60,000 bases of DNA from Malacoraja senta (Eukaryota), in NCBI GenBank assembly GCA_038087875.1, contig CM075987.1:22570001-22630000 (forward strand), written 5' to 3'. The notes below the pieces were generated by a model. That model worked only from the letters and a program-made list of their open reading frames with translations. It was not told the DNA's origin and did not search any database. The position numbers and the translations under genes are program-made. Of this stretch, positions 1 through 14,200 are shown one piece after another; the stretch's first letter is position 1; the number at the start of each line of letters is the position of its first letter.

Positions 1-1525
1 ACATTTTGGTTTCACCATGTAGAAATTACAGCAGTGTTTATACATAGTCCCCCCATTTCAGGGCACCATAATGTTTGGGACACAGCAATGTCATGTAAAT
101 GAAAGTAGTCATGTTTAGTATTTTGTTGCATATCCTTTGCATGCAATGACTGCTTGAAGTCTGTGATTCATGGACATCACCAGTTGCTGGGTGTCTTCTC
201 TGGTGATGATCTGCCAGGCCTGTATCGCAGCCATCTTTAGCTTATGCTTGTTTTGGGGGCTAGTCCCCTTCAGTTTTCTCTTCAGCATATAAAAGGCATG
301 CTCAATTGGGTTCAGATCGGGTGATTGACTTGGCCACTCAAGTATTGACCATTTTTTAGCTTTGAAAAACTCCTTTGTTGCTTTAGCAGTATGTTTGCGA
401 TCATTGTCTTGCTGTAGAATTAACTGCCGGCCAATGAGTTTTGAGGCATTTGTTTGAACTTGATGTGAAACTATACACTTCAGAATTCATTATGCTACTA
501 CCATCAGCAGTTGTATCATCAATGAAGATAAGTGAGCCAGTACCTTCAGCAGCCATACATGCCCAGGCCATAACACCCCCACCACTGTGTTTCACAGATG
601 AGGTGGTATACTTTGGATCTTGGGCAGTTCCTTCTCTCCTCCATACTTTGCTCTTGCCATCACTCTGATATAAGTTAATCTTCGTCTCATCCGTCCACAA
701 GACCTTTTTCCAGAACTGTGGTTGCTCTTTTAAATACTTCTTGGCAAACTGTACCCGGCCATCCTATTTTTGCAGCTAACCAGTGGTTTGCATCTTGCAG
801 TGTAGCCTCTGTATTTCTGTTCATGAAGTCTTCTGCAGACAGTGGTCATTGACAAATCCACATCTGACTCCTGAAGAGTGTTTCTGATCTGTTGGACAGG
901 TGTTTGGGGGTTTTCCTTTATTGTAGAGAGAATTCTTCTGTCATCAGCTGCGGAGGTCTTCCTTGGCCTGCCAGTCCCTTTGCGATTAGTAAGCTCACCA
1001 GTGCTCTCTTTCTTCTTAATGATGTTCCAAACAGTTGATTTTGGTAAGCCTAAGGTTTGGCTGATGTCTCTAACTGTTTTATTCTTGTTTCTCAGTCTCA
1101 TACGGGCTTATTTGACTTTCATTTGCACAACTTTGGTCCTCATGTTGATAACTGATAAACAGCAATAAATGCTTCCAAAGGTGATGGAAAGACTGGAGGA
1201 AGTACTAGGTGCCGGGAGCTCTCATATACCTGCATTAAGGAGGCAATTAAACACACCTGAGCAATTACAAATGCCTGTGAAGCCATGTGCCCTGAAATTT
1301 GGGGGGGGGGGGGGGGGGGGGGGAAACGACACACATTATGTATGAACACAGCTGCAAATTTCTATATGGTGAAATCAAAATGTTTAAAAATGGCCTTTAA
1401 TAAAATCTGACAATGTGCACTTTAAGCACATGATTTTTTTTAAATATTACAAATCTCAAATTGTGGAGTACAGAGGCAAATAAATAAATGATGGGTCTTT
1501 GTCCCAAACATAATGGAGGGCACTG
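1..1525 (-). mobile_element. Tc1-like DNA transposon (IR/DR type), decayed; left end beyond the window
   Basis: Right end ...GTCCCAAACATAATGGAGGGCACTG at 1501-1525. Bases 1-84 are the reverse complement of ~1285-1385 (long inverted repeat with inner direct repeat CCATAATGTTTGGGACA). Transposase remnants lie between. Confidence 0.9.
115..1143 (-). pseudogene. Tc1 DD34E transposase pseudogene
   Basis: Paired-like HTH and GRPRK (730-1101), WTDETK, and QQDND...SPDLNPIE with 34 residues between D and E, ending CKGYATKY*. Early stop after the ATG at 1143, plus frameshifts. Confidence 0.9.
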
Positions 1526-1802
1526 TGGCTGATGGCTAAAGCAGGCCTGGCTGATATATCAAACCCATCCAGGTGTTAAAAATTGAATTCAAATATGCAG
1601 ATGGGTGGATTACAATGAAAGCAACAGAAGCACTGAACCATTACCCTTCCCCCTCATTTCAATGGATGAATGTCAATTGAGGAGAATGGCCCAGAGTCTT
1701 TATTTTTGGGAGCAATGGGTGGAAAGATTAGATGGATCCAGAATGCCGAAGATCTCCCACTCTCTCGCCAACCACCAGTATTATTTTTAAACGTTTACTC
1801 AC

Positions 1803-2243
1803 CTTTGCTGTTTCCCCTGCACCTGGAGGAGCACTGGGTGCCTTGGGTATATTTCTCCAAATCTTGCTCGATCTGGGTCTCCCGCGATGGGTCTGACTTT
1901 CAATCTTCAAATTGGCCACAGGCTGTTCCACTGCTGTGTCGTCGTCACCTTTGCCTGCTGTGTTTTCCTCCGCAGGTAGCTGCTGCTTTGCTACGATTGG
2001 AACCCACCGGTCCACATCCAACACTATGGCCTCAGCTGGCTTCTTGCGTTTTATCGGACGCTTCTTTTGTTCGACTTTCTGGACCAACTCATGGTCTTCG
2101 TCTTCCTCTTCCTCTTCCTCCTGCTCCATCTCCTCCAAGATGTTGTCTTTCTCAGAATCCTCAGAACTCTCCTCAGGAGTGCTTTCCCGTTTCCACTGTT
2201 TGGTGATGCGTCGTCTCCTCTTCCGTTTCCTTTGTCGAAGAGC
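1803..2243 (-). CDS. SNAPC4: SNAPC4 exon (basic/acidic region after the Myb repeats)
   Basis: cag|GCT...AAG|gtgagt, 441 nt; RQRKRKRRRR, acidic run, VLDVDRWVP. Confidence 0.8.
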
Positions 2244-5200
2244 CTGTAGGATGTTATGAAAATAAAATAAATTGCCGTTTCAAACTTTAGTAGACACAAG
2301 AAAGTACATAGGCTGGTTTGCAACTTAAAAAGACAGTGCTGTAGTAAATCAGTGGGTTGGGCAGCATCTCCAGAGAACATGGATAGGTGACGTTTTGGGT
2401 TGGAATCCTTCTTCAAACTGAATGTAGAAGGGGGAGAAAGCTGGAAGAGAGGTGGGGATGGGACATAGCTGGGCAAGTGATAGGTGGATACACAAAAGGA
2501 GGGGCGTTGATTGGCAAAAACACATGATAAGACAAGTAGTGCGAGATAAGGACAGAAGAGTGAAACGTCACTCCTTCACTCTTTCCCCGTAAACCTGCAA
2601 ATGCCCATCCAGTTCCCTTTCAATGGCCATAGCAACTGTTTCCAGAGCAAAACACAAGGTGCTGGTGGAACTCAGCGGGCCAAGCAGCATCCGTGAAGGG
2701 AGTGGACAGGTGACATTTCTAGCCGGGACCCTTATTCAGATTGATTGCAGTTGGAGGGGATTGGAAAAGAGAGGTGGGGGACAAGACAAAGTTTAGGGGG
2801 GAGGGGGTTGATTAGCAGATGGGTGGAGTAAGTGACGGAGGCTGGAGGTGACTATTTCTTCCTCGCTCAATGGCAATGAGCCTATAGATCATAATTGCTC
2901 TATCAAAATGATTATCCTCACATTCCCCATCTCTATCTCATGCAGGACAGCCAGGTAATTTTCCTCTGTAAATTGCCCTTAGTGTGTAGGAAGTGAACTC
3001 GAAAATTGGATAACACGGAACTAGAATGAACGATGGTCGTCATGGACTTGTTGGGCCAAGGGGCTTGTTTCCATGCTGTTTCTTTCAATCAATCAATCGC
3101 ACCGAGTATGGATCCTCACCGTTAGGCCTGCTAGTCCCTTCCATTTGCTGATGCATTGCGTGTCGGTCCTGCCCGACAGCTCTGCAGCTATTTTGGCCCA
3201 TTTGCCTGTTAAAACAGAACGACATTGAAAACACTGAAACGATGTCTGGGAATAGAGTAACAAGTGATAAACTAGAATTTCAGTTCAGCAATTCAACGCA
3301 TTGAGACTAATTGACACCGAAAGGCACGTACCACTGTTTCCTGAGGACTTCACTGCTTCACAACCAACTGTTTGGCAACTTACGATCAAGCTGAAGATAC
3401 AGAGCGAGTGCGGGTAACACTTGTGAGCTAACAATAGAGGAACCAAGTTGTGGCTCGTTTGTTAGTGCTTGTCAAACGAGTTTGACCTAAACTTTGATAC
3501 TAGGGCGCCAATTTCAAAGCTGTTGCTCTTATTAGGCATTAGAGCCTTGAAGTATTTTCCAAATGACCACAAACATTTGTATGTGTTCCTCTGTCTTCCC
3601 CCTCTATCTTAAAGGCCATCCTTATGGATTACAATCAGAGCTGCCAAGTTTTGTCAGAGCATTCAGTATTCTAGTACCTGAAAATCAGTATTTTGCTGAG
3701 GAAATCAGTATTTTTACGTGGTGCCATTTTTGCTGAAAAGTGTTATTTTTTATGTGCGGTCATACCTATGCAAGAGTACAAGAATGCATAACTTTGCTAC
3801 CAATTGAAATGTCTTCTACGCACCTTACTTGACAGTGCATTCATTGCCATCTGTTTGTATACTGCTGTTTGAACGGCTGCTTCCTGCTTTCAGCACCAGA
3901 TGTGGAAGCCATTTTGGAAGCCTCTCTCTCTCTCTCCTTCCTCTCTTTCCCTCACTTTCCCTCCCTCTCCCTCTTTCCCTCCCACCCTCCCTATCTCCTT
4001 CCTTTTTTCTCTCTCTCCCTCTCTTATTCCCTCCCTCCCTCTCTCCCCCCCTAACAGTCTGTGACCCACAGCGCTGTGGCCATAGGGCTACGTGGAAAGG
4101 CAATCGCGCTCCAGCTGCGAGCACTATTTTAGAACCCATAGCGCTGTTCGTTTAAATTCCCACGTGTTAAACTGACAGCGCTGTTTAAACCTGGAGTGGG
4201 ACAGGCAGATCAAAGCTTACAAAAATAATCATGCAGATCTTGAAATTTAAAATACTAACAGATTTGCTATAATCTGCTATAATATTTAGAGGTACAGTAT
4301 GACTTTTTATATCCTTGCATTTTTTAAGCAGCAAGATGAAACAGGAAGTCAGGCTGATTTTTAAAAAATCCGTATTTTACAAAGCAAATCCGTACCTCCG
4401 TATTCTGATCGCATTTCCATACAAAATACGGAAAATCCGTACTACTTGGCAGCTCTGTACAATGCATTTATCATTTGTTAGCACCCAAGGCTCCTTAATC
4501 TGATTAGAAAAAACCTCCACACTCACTACTATATCTCTCTATCTTGTCAAATGAACCTGCTGTTTCCTAGAAATAGAGCAACCAAGAATAAATCGAGGCT
4601 GCTCGGAGCTGGAGGGGAAACAGGAAGAACATTCAGATGGAGGAAACAGCCTAGGATCGGAAAGAAGCTAAAGGTTTATTTTAAACTTTAGGGAATTACT
4701 TCAAAAAACGTGCAACTTTTTATATGACTTTACTTTGATGTTCTAGGCTGGAAATTATTTAATCTGTCTCTTACTTGTGAGCCAATAATAGGAAAGCATC
4801 TTGGACTGCAAGATGATATACAGATTAACATTCAATGGGAAGATTCAGGTCAATTATGAGAACCAAAAAAAAATCAAAGGCATATCTTATTGGACAAATT
4901 GAAGATATAATGAAATGTATTTTAAAAGAAAATGCAGAAGATTTTGTTTCTTTAGAAAGGACTTGCAGCACATATAATGCATAGTGATCACCACTTCAGG
5001 GCATGAGTGAGGAAAGGGAACCAAAAACTGGTAGAGTAGCAAAATGAGTTTTCAGGCCTTACGCGTGCACTCGTCTCTTACCGACTCCATGCTTCTCAAT
5101 CAATGCTTTAAAATCGCTCTCTTCTTTTTCAGTCCATTTTCCTTTCCTCACATCTTGATTTAAGCCATTCCGGTATCTGTGAACATTTTAAATAACCTTT

Positions 5201-8200
5201 ACCCACACCACATCTCAGGCCTACTAAAACCTTTCCCAGCAATTTAGCACTAAAAAGGTTACAAAGGAGCAACTACTGGGTAACAGAATATCCAGCTTAC
5301 AACCTGCCCAACCAAGACAGTATTGCCTTATTAACATTAGTCCTTTTATTACCAATTATGCAGCCATTATCTGTGCCACAAGAAAACCATCACCAATATA
5401 CTATTGAGAGACAATCCCCCCCCCACCCCCCCGCCTATCTCTGGCAATGTCCTCCATAAGTATACACTATAAACATACCTGTCTCTACATTGGGAATCCA
5501 TCCTCCCAGGGACCATCTCTTGAATCTTGTACCAGTCCCGGCTTCCATATTTTGCCACTGCCTTCAGGAGAAGCTAGAAAACAAACCAATCTATTATATT
5601 GATCCTTGATTCTGCTTGGCCACAGAGGTACAATCTGTGGGGTTACCTAGAACTAGGAGACATTGTGAAATCAAAGCAGGTCATTCTGGTTACTCATGCT
5701 ATTACGTCTCTCTCTTTCACAACACTCCTAATCCAATATCCTGGGTGATCCTAGCTGCATATTTTCTATTGTATGTACATCCCTTCTATAAATGGGCCCT
5801 AAAGCCATCAAATATTACTCTCCTGCTTTTGTATTCTATACCTCTATACAAAATAAGGAGTCAGTTCTATATTTTATGTCTTTACCCACATAGATTAAAT
5901 TCTGGATATCTTGGGGGAAATCAATGATGTACCCGATGACAGAGAAATAACAATGCATCAATGCATTTAATAGGAATTTGAGGGGTAACTTTTTCACACA
6001 AAGGGGGGTGGATGTATGGAACAAGCTGCCAGAGGAGGTAGTTGTGGCAGGGACTATCCCAACATTTAAGAAGCAGTTAGACAGGTACATGGATAGGACA
6101 GGTTTGGGGGGGATATGGACCAAATGCTGGCAGGTGGGGCTCATGTAGCTGGGACATGTTGGCCGGTGTGGGCAAGTTGGGCCGAAGGGCCTGTTTTCAC
6201 GTTGCATCACTCTATGACTCTAAGAAGTTTCCAAGAATTCGTGTTGCAGGATACAATTTCAATCAGCATCCTAGATTTTGGTGGGCAAATGTAACCAGAC
6301 AATGGTGATGAAGTCTTCTGTACCCATCATGTACTGCGCACAGAATCAGATTTTGCTCCAAACCCTTGGGGTAAAAAGAATGACCAAAATGTATCTTCCA
6401 TGTTCACCTAAAGGCAAGGTGCTGAACGAAAACTCTCTGTGCTGATGCCTTTTGAGAGACGTGGAGTGGGCAGAAAAGAAATGTAGCAATATGATTTTAG
6501 AAGTGGTGACGTCAGTAAATGCAATCACAGTCTGACTCGACTAGACCCAGACCGAGTTTGCCTCGACTCAACTGTATAGGTCCTCCCAAGCATATGTACA
6601 ACCGACTTACAAACAGCCCAAATATACAGACAAGCGTTCGGGAGACCAGTGGGTTGGATTTATCGGCTGCTGTGGGGTTGCAAGCACCAATCACTGTGTG
6701 GGAACTGTTTGTGGCCACATTTCTGTCTGACCGGCTCGCAGATAGTTCTCGGGATTAGAAACCATGGCCCGGGGAGGACCTGGCTGGTTATCCAGGACAG
6801 AGAAAGGAAGGACCGACGACCAGAAATAACCTACCTCATCTTCTTTTGGTGTCCAAGGCCCTTTTGTCACTTTGGGATCCAGTGCCTTGGACCAGCGATA
6901 CACAATCTGTTTACCATTCCGTCCCTCCATAAAATACGCAACTGCAATGAAGCAAGTTCGCATTTCAGAATCTTATCTATCCAAATTAAATCACAAACAG
7001 TGTATCTGCTAATTAGTACCGGAGGGATGGTCAAATCAAAAGACTGCAGTTAGAAGGATAGGTCCTTTAAGGATCACTTGTTTCCTTTGAAGGCTCGGAT
7101 CTGTGTTCGGGACATTGTAACTGGGTCAAAATTGTAAACTTCCCCAACTGCGCAGCAACAAGACTTTCACCATGAAGACTTCAAGCGTTCCGGACAGCAA
7201 CCTACACCACCTCTTAAGCAATATTCTTCTGAAAGTTAAGGGATTGGAAATATTTTGTGTTATAGATTGATCAGATACTACTTTTGGGAGTGCTGGAAGC
7301 AATCGGGCTTGGGATAGCAATGGTCAAGAATCTCGTTGCTGTTCACCACTAAAGCACCAGAGGTGGGATTAGCCCCAGCTGCGACACCCCCTAGTGGCTG
7401 GATTTGGGAAACTATCGTGGGCAGGTTCCCCACCAAATCACACACCATTCTGATTTCAATACATCAGCTTGCCTTCATCTTGACCTGGGGGCAAATCCTG
7501 AAACATGGTGACACCTTCACCAGGAATGCAACAGTTCAAAAAAGCTGCTCAACATCATCTGCTCAAAGAAGGAATAGGGATTGGCACCAAATGCTGGCTT
7601 TGGTGGCAAACCTTTACTGCACAAACTGTATGAATTAAAAACTGCGAGGGCTTGACACAGTATCCCAATAAAAACTAGAAAATCATTAAAGCATAAATGA
7701 GCCTGTGTCTGCCTTCAGCAGAAGTAATTTAGTCACTCTTTCCCCCCAGCATCTTTCCTTGGGGCCCTACATTTCTCCCACAGGTTGGATCATTCCTTTT
7801 TGGAAAAAAACAATAAAATCTACTTCCACCATCCTTTTAGCCAGTGAAATCCCACAGGCTACATGGAACGGTTTTCCTTCTTGTCATCCCTGGCTCTTTT
7901 ATCAGCTGAATTAAATCTGTCCACAGTTCTTGATCGTCCTGTCAATGAGAACATTTTCTTCTTCATTTTTCTACATTCCTACTGAGTCCATTGAACACCA
8001 TTATTAATGCACACATTGATCATAGAAGTCGGGTTACACCACAAGCCGAGCAGGCGGCGGTCAGGAAAGGATTTGCATCCAGGCCCTCTCACGCTCGCCT
8101 GATCTGCACGACTGTTACACTCACTCTTTGTATATGGGATGAAGTTCCCAACTCTCATTTTTTGCACGAGCTCAGTAAGCATCTGGTCTTCTTCCTTAGA

Positions 8201-11200
8201 CCACTCTCTCCTCTTCAGGTCCTTGTTAAACTCCTGATACTTCTGAAGACACATGTAAGCAGAACGGGATGTCTACAGTGGGAAGGAGAAAAGGGAAATT
8301 ACAATTTAAAGATGCTGGATTTTTTAAATCACCTTTAAAATTACTGTTGCACACATCTATCCATTAATTTAGGATAGACACAAAATGCTGGAGTAACCCA
8401 GCGGGACAGGGAGCATCTCTGGAGAAGGAATGGGTGACGTTTCGTGTCGAGACCCTTCTTCACTTACTCCAGCATTTTGTGTCCATCTTCGATTTAAACC
8501 AGCATCTGCAGTTCTTTCCTATCCAATGGCTTTACCGAGAAACTACAATGTCATGGATTCAAGTCTCATTCCAGGCTGGGCACAATGCCAGTGAACATTC
8601 CAGTGTGCTACTTACAGATGGCAGCAGATAAACAGAGGCAAAAGTGATCCCTTCCCCTTCACTGATTGCCCCTATTTGATGCATCAGCTTAATACCATGA
8701 ACGTGTAATACCAAAATACATCAACACCCAGAAATTGTTTAAAATAACCAATTACCTCATTGATTTGGATTTATCATTGGATTTATTGTGTGTAAAATTA
8801 AGCTAAAATATCTTCCTGCACTATAAATATTTAAATCTTTTGAAATATTAAGACGGCATTACAGAAAAACATACATTTTTCCTTGCTACAGTTTCATGAG
8901 ATCTTCAGTCACAGTTAACACTTCCTAATCAAGGTAATACAGAATAAAACCACTAGTAAAGAACGACCAAACGTAAACAACGGATCAACAACCGATCCTG
9001 GATAGAATAGGTCTCTCAATTAGAACCCTACCTGGGATAATTTGACCAGTTCACACCAAGTATTAGTAAGGAATTGTATCATTCAGATACAAGAGGATAG
9101 AATCCAGATCTAGCAGGCCTTGATCTGAATGCAATAAACCCAAGTGATAAAAAAGGTTCGAAGGGCTAAACACTTCACTTCTGTAACTATGTTCCTAACA
9201 TCTATCAGTGCATGTTGTTGCCATTTGATGTTCAGACCCTACTAGAATAAGCAAGACTCAGTTGAGCCTGATGAAGGGTCCAACCTAAAAAGTTGACTAT
9301 TACGACTGAAGGGCCCTGACCCAAATCGTCGCCTGTCCATTCCCTCTACAGATGTTCCCCCAACACTGTGTTTTGATCAGTTGTGAAGGCTTGCTGCTAC
9401 TGAATTGCTCTGTAGTAAACACAGTAAACCTAAGCTTAGAAAAGCCCATTAACCTGGTGGAACTCAACTTTTGCGCTGTGCAACATCAGTACCTGTAGCT
9501 CACTTGCAATACTCTCCCAGTCCACATAGCCAGCTCTCTTCGAGATCTCATTTAGCCGCTGTATATCTTCGCTGCTCCACTGGGTTTGATTGATGCTTGG
9601 ATGTTCAGAGTTCTGCCAGACCCTCTTGATATCTTCCGCCTTGCGAATTCCATCAAACTACAAACATAAAACATTTACAGGTTCAGTCGCGTGTTGAAGA
9701 CTCTAAAAGGGATGAAAACTCCTCTCACTGTTGGAACTGGACAGAGCATTCACATTTAGCAAGCTAGACAGTGTCTGAGTGAGTTTACTTCAGATCATCT
9801 GAGCCAAGAGGAGAAATCAGGCAGAGCTTTACCCCATCTGATCATTATCAAGTACAGCTGGCTGGATCAGAATGTTGAGCAAGTAAATAATTTTCAAGAT
9901 GAAAATTTCATCCATTGAACTTGAAATTGTATTCAAGCAACTTTAAGTTCAATGGATATCCAAGCAGACGGACAGATACAGAGTAGTAACGGCAGAGAAC
10001 AAAAGGATAGTGGGCGGGGGTAAGGAAACACAGAAAGACTGATGAACCCTAAACATACACCCATCAATATTGATTAAGAAAGAACTGCAGATGCTGGAAA
10101 AATCAAAGGTATTCAAAAATGCTGGAGAAACTCAGCAGGTGAGGCAGCATCTATGGAGAGAAGGAATGGGCGATGTTTCGGGTTGAGACCCTTCTTCAGA
10201 CTGAGTTTCTCCAGCATTTTTGTCTACCTTCGATATTGATATACTTACATCAATGTTGGAGATCTTTATCCAATCGTGGTCGTCAAACCTATTTCCCAAC
10301 AACTGCCGTTGCGTCATCTGGCTACAAAAGAGTTAAGGAGTAACACACTTTTATAAACCATGGCTAGAGTTGTTTACACTCACTCTCAGCCAGATGTAGA
10401 CATTAAATATCATTGGTTGAAAATTGGCAACACCTTTCCTTGTAGACTGTACTTAGTGGCAAAAAAAAAAAAAAAGCAAAAAGGCACCTCTTGTCAGCTC
10501 ACGATGTTTGACAGACTGGAATAGTAAATCCAATGAAATTCAGGTTAAATACACTTCACCTTCAGCAGAGACGTTCGTTCATTGTTTCATAAACATGCAC
10601 CAGCAGTAGGATACAGGGAAATAAATCTCATAGCAGACAGAATATTTTCCTCTGGCTTGGTGGTTGCCTACAAATTTAAAGCATTCCTGAGAAAACCATC
10701 ATCTTTATGCAAACACTTAACCCCGCCCCAAGCTTCATCAAATGACCCATCGTGTGGTCTTAATTCGATCATTGCATGGTCTATGCTCAGATATTACGCC
10801 TTATTGCACGAAAATGATCCCACCAGGTCGTATCTGAATGCTTTGCTTTTGCATTGAAGGCAGGTTCAGAAGTGCCAGCCTCCCCATTCCCAGTTTTCTC
10901 AATAAACTTGTACATAAATTGTGACTCGAGAATAATAAATATTCATTAAAAAATACATGCATAACTAAAAATTTTGTACTTGTCTTTAATTCAATGTTTT
11001 GATTAACTTTCTCCTCACCATGCCTGTGTGTGCATGAACAGACTCCCAAGCTGTTCCTCAGCTCTATCGGAATATGGCTGGACTCCATTTGAACAATTTT
11101 GCTCCATAGTCCTCAATATCTTCCTACCCCAAACTATAAAAACTATTTCTGGAAAACCAGCCCGAGCTCCTCCAAGAAACGCTAAACCACTGCTCACTGA

Positions 11201-14200
11201 GAAGATAAGCCGTCTTCATGACACTAGTCCTCATGGGTGGTAATAAAGGCCATGATAGTCTTGCTTGCTTTGTAGCATCGGAGCCCAGTATAAATGGAAC
11301 AAAATTGTACCAAAGAAAATGAACGTCAATCATCATCGTGTGTTTTAAAATATGTTTCAATGCCTTTAAAATGGATTCTATATAAAATTAAGTTCTTCAG
11401 GAAGAAATACGGAAACATACAGCAACCTAGTACTTCACTACACAACCTGTGAGCGCTAGAGGTCCGGGCACACGTTACAGACCACAACTAACAACGCTGG
11501 TTATTTGTCTAAAAAGGTTGCTGCCATAGGCAAGAATCACATTTTCCCGTGCTCGATTTCAGCATGGAGCCACCTATGTGAACTGTTACAATCCAAAGAC
11601 AAAGTCTGAAATTAAAAGCTGATAACACGAGGGAAGTTCGAGAAGTTAATAAACAAAAGAACATGCAGCCAACGGTGTGACTACACTTTCTTCATTAGAT
11701 ATTGACATAACTTGTACTTATTGCAGCCAAAGAGAATAAACACACGGGAGTGCATCCATACACAAGATGCCACTATTGTTCACAAATGCACAGGTACTGT
11801 GGCAGTGAATCAAAGAGACTTTCTTATGCAAGGGCAAGGTCCGACTGAAAAGACAGTCGCAATGCAAATCACTTGGTGACAAATGCTCAATTAGATACTC
11901 TTCTAAAAATGCCTGATGGCAGGAATGTTATCTCACTTAATCTCATCCATTTCCCGCTCAGTTTCACCAATTTGCTTCCACATGACACTTTTCTCCTTTT
12001 CATCGCGGGACATCGCCACTTTTTTGTTCAGGTACTCGAGCCTAAAAATGCAAGGAAAATATTAGAGTTCTTAGCTTATATCCTGATTTGTGCCCATGAT
12101 CAATCAGGGTAACAACTAAAGTTCAGAATTCAATACTCCAAAACAAGGAAAAGAAACAAGGGAGGAATTTCTCAGGTCATGACTGAGCAGGAATCTGCTA
12201 GAACGGGATGGAATTCTGGCCCAAAACAGTGTTGCCTCCAACAGTGAAACGTTCCTTTGATACAATGAGCTTGGATAAAGTTCTTGGAAGTTACTGAGAC
12301 TATCCCAGCAAGCATTTACTGGTGTTTATGGGGAAACGAGACATTTAACGGGACAAATGTTATACCCTGAAACATATGAAAACAATGAACATGAAATGTC
12401 CAGGATGCCAAGAATATTATAACCAGATTATTCCTATCTAGCGTTCAATGCAGACTACATCACCTCACCTCACGCCTGAGGATTGGGGGGGGGGGGGGGG
12501 GGGGTGAAAGCCCTGGACTAAAAAGAGGAGACAATCTGGAAGATTTTTCTGACCTAGGTCAACAAAAAGTGGATAAGATCATGAGAGGAATAGATCGGGT
12601 AGATGCACAGAATCTCTTGACCAGATTAGGATAATCGAGGACTAGAGGACATAGGTTTAAGGTGAAGGGGAAAAGATTTAATAGGAATCTGAGGGGTAAC
12701 ATTTTCAACAAAGGGTGGTTGGTATGGAACAAGCTGCCAGAGGAGGTGGAGTGTCTCCAATATGGATTCAGAGCAGCTTGTACTGGAGCCTACCAGGGAG
12801 AAGGCAATTCTGGATTTAGTGTTGTGTAATGAACCGGATTTGATAAGGAAAGTCGAGGCAAAGGAGCCATTAGGAGGCAGTGACCATAATATGATAAGTT
12901 TTAATCCACAATTTGAGAGGGAGAAGGGAAAATCAGAAGTGTCAGTGTTGCAGTTGAACAAAGGGGGCTGTGGAGGCATGATGGAGGAGCTGGCCAAAGT
13001 TGACTGGAAAGAAACCCTGGCATGGATGACAGTGGAACAACAATGGCAGGTATTGGGAGTAGGATACTGACATGGATGGAAAATTGGTTGGCAGACAGGA
13101 AACAAAGAGTAGGGATTAACGGGTCCCTTTCAGAATGGCAGGCAGTGACTGGTGGGATGCCGCAAGGCTCGGTGCTGGGACCGCAGCTATTTACAATATA
13201 CATGAATGATTTAGATGAAGGGATTAAAAGTAACATTAGCAAATTTGCAGATGACACAAAGCACTGTGGCAGTGTGAACAGTGAGGGTCTAAAAATATTG
13301 GATGCCAGGAGACAAAGGGGGCCCACTTCATCAGGGGCACACTTGATATAGGGGGCCCACTTCATCAGGTGCCCACTTGCCATCGGGCAAGCTGATACCC
13401 TGGCCAGTCCGCCACTGGCTCTGAGGATGCAGGGTGACTTGGACAGATTGGGTGAGTGGGCAGATGCATGGCAGATGCAGTTTAATGTGGATAAATGGGA
13501 GGTTATTCATTTTGGTGGCAAGAACAGGAAGGCAGATTATTATCTCAATGGTGTCGTTAGGAAAAGGGGAAGTACAACAAGATCTGGGTGTCCTTGTACA
13601 TCAGTCACCTAAAGTAAGCATGCAGGTACAGCAGGCAGTGAAGAAAGCAAATGTTGGCTTTCATGACGAGGAGTTGAGCAGAGGAGCAAAGAGGTCCTTC
13701 TGCAGTTGTAGAACTGCACCTGGAGATCACACCTGGAGTATCGTGAGCAGTTTTGGTCTCCAAATTTGAGGAAGGGCATTCTTGCTATTGAGGGAGTGCA
13801 GCGTAGGTTCACGAGGTTAATTCTCGGGATGGCGGGACTGTCATATGTTGATAGAATGGAGCGACTGGGCTTGTATACTCTGGAATTTAGAAGGATGAGA
13901 GGCAATCTTTTTGAAACATGTAAGATTATTAAGGGATTGGACAGGCTAGAGGCGAGAAACATGTTCCCGATGTTGGGGGAGTCCGGAACCAGGGGCCATA
14001 GTTTAAGAATAACGGGTAGGCCATTTAGAACGGTGATGAGGAGAAACTTTTTCACCCAGAGTTGTGAATCTGTAGAATTCTCTGCCTCAGAAGGCAGTGG
14101 AGGCCGATTCTCTGGATGCTTTCAAGAGAGAGTTAGAGCTCTTAAAGATAGCGGAGTCAAGGGATTATGGGGAGAAGGCAGGAACAGGGTACTCATTGCG

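Noticed and set aside
1640..1800. Possible further SNAPC4 exon
   Set aside because: No convincing acceptor with an open, recognisable frame.
12486..12504. Long poly-G run (also 1301-1323) as a functional G-quadruplex
   Set aside because: Simple homopolymers whose length is unreliable in assemblies; no supporting context.
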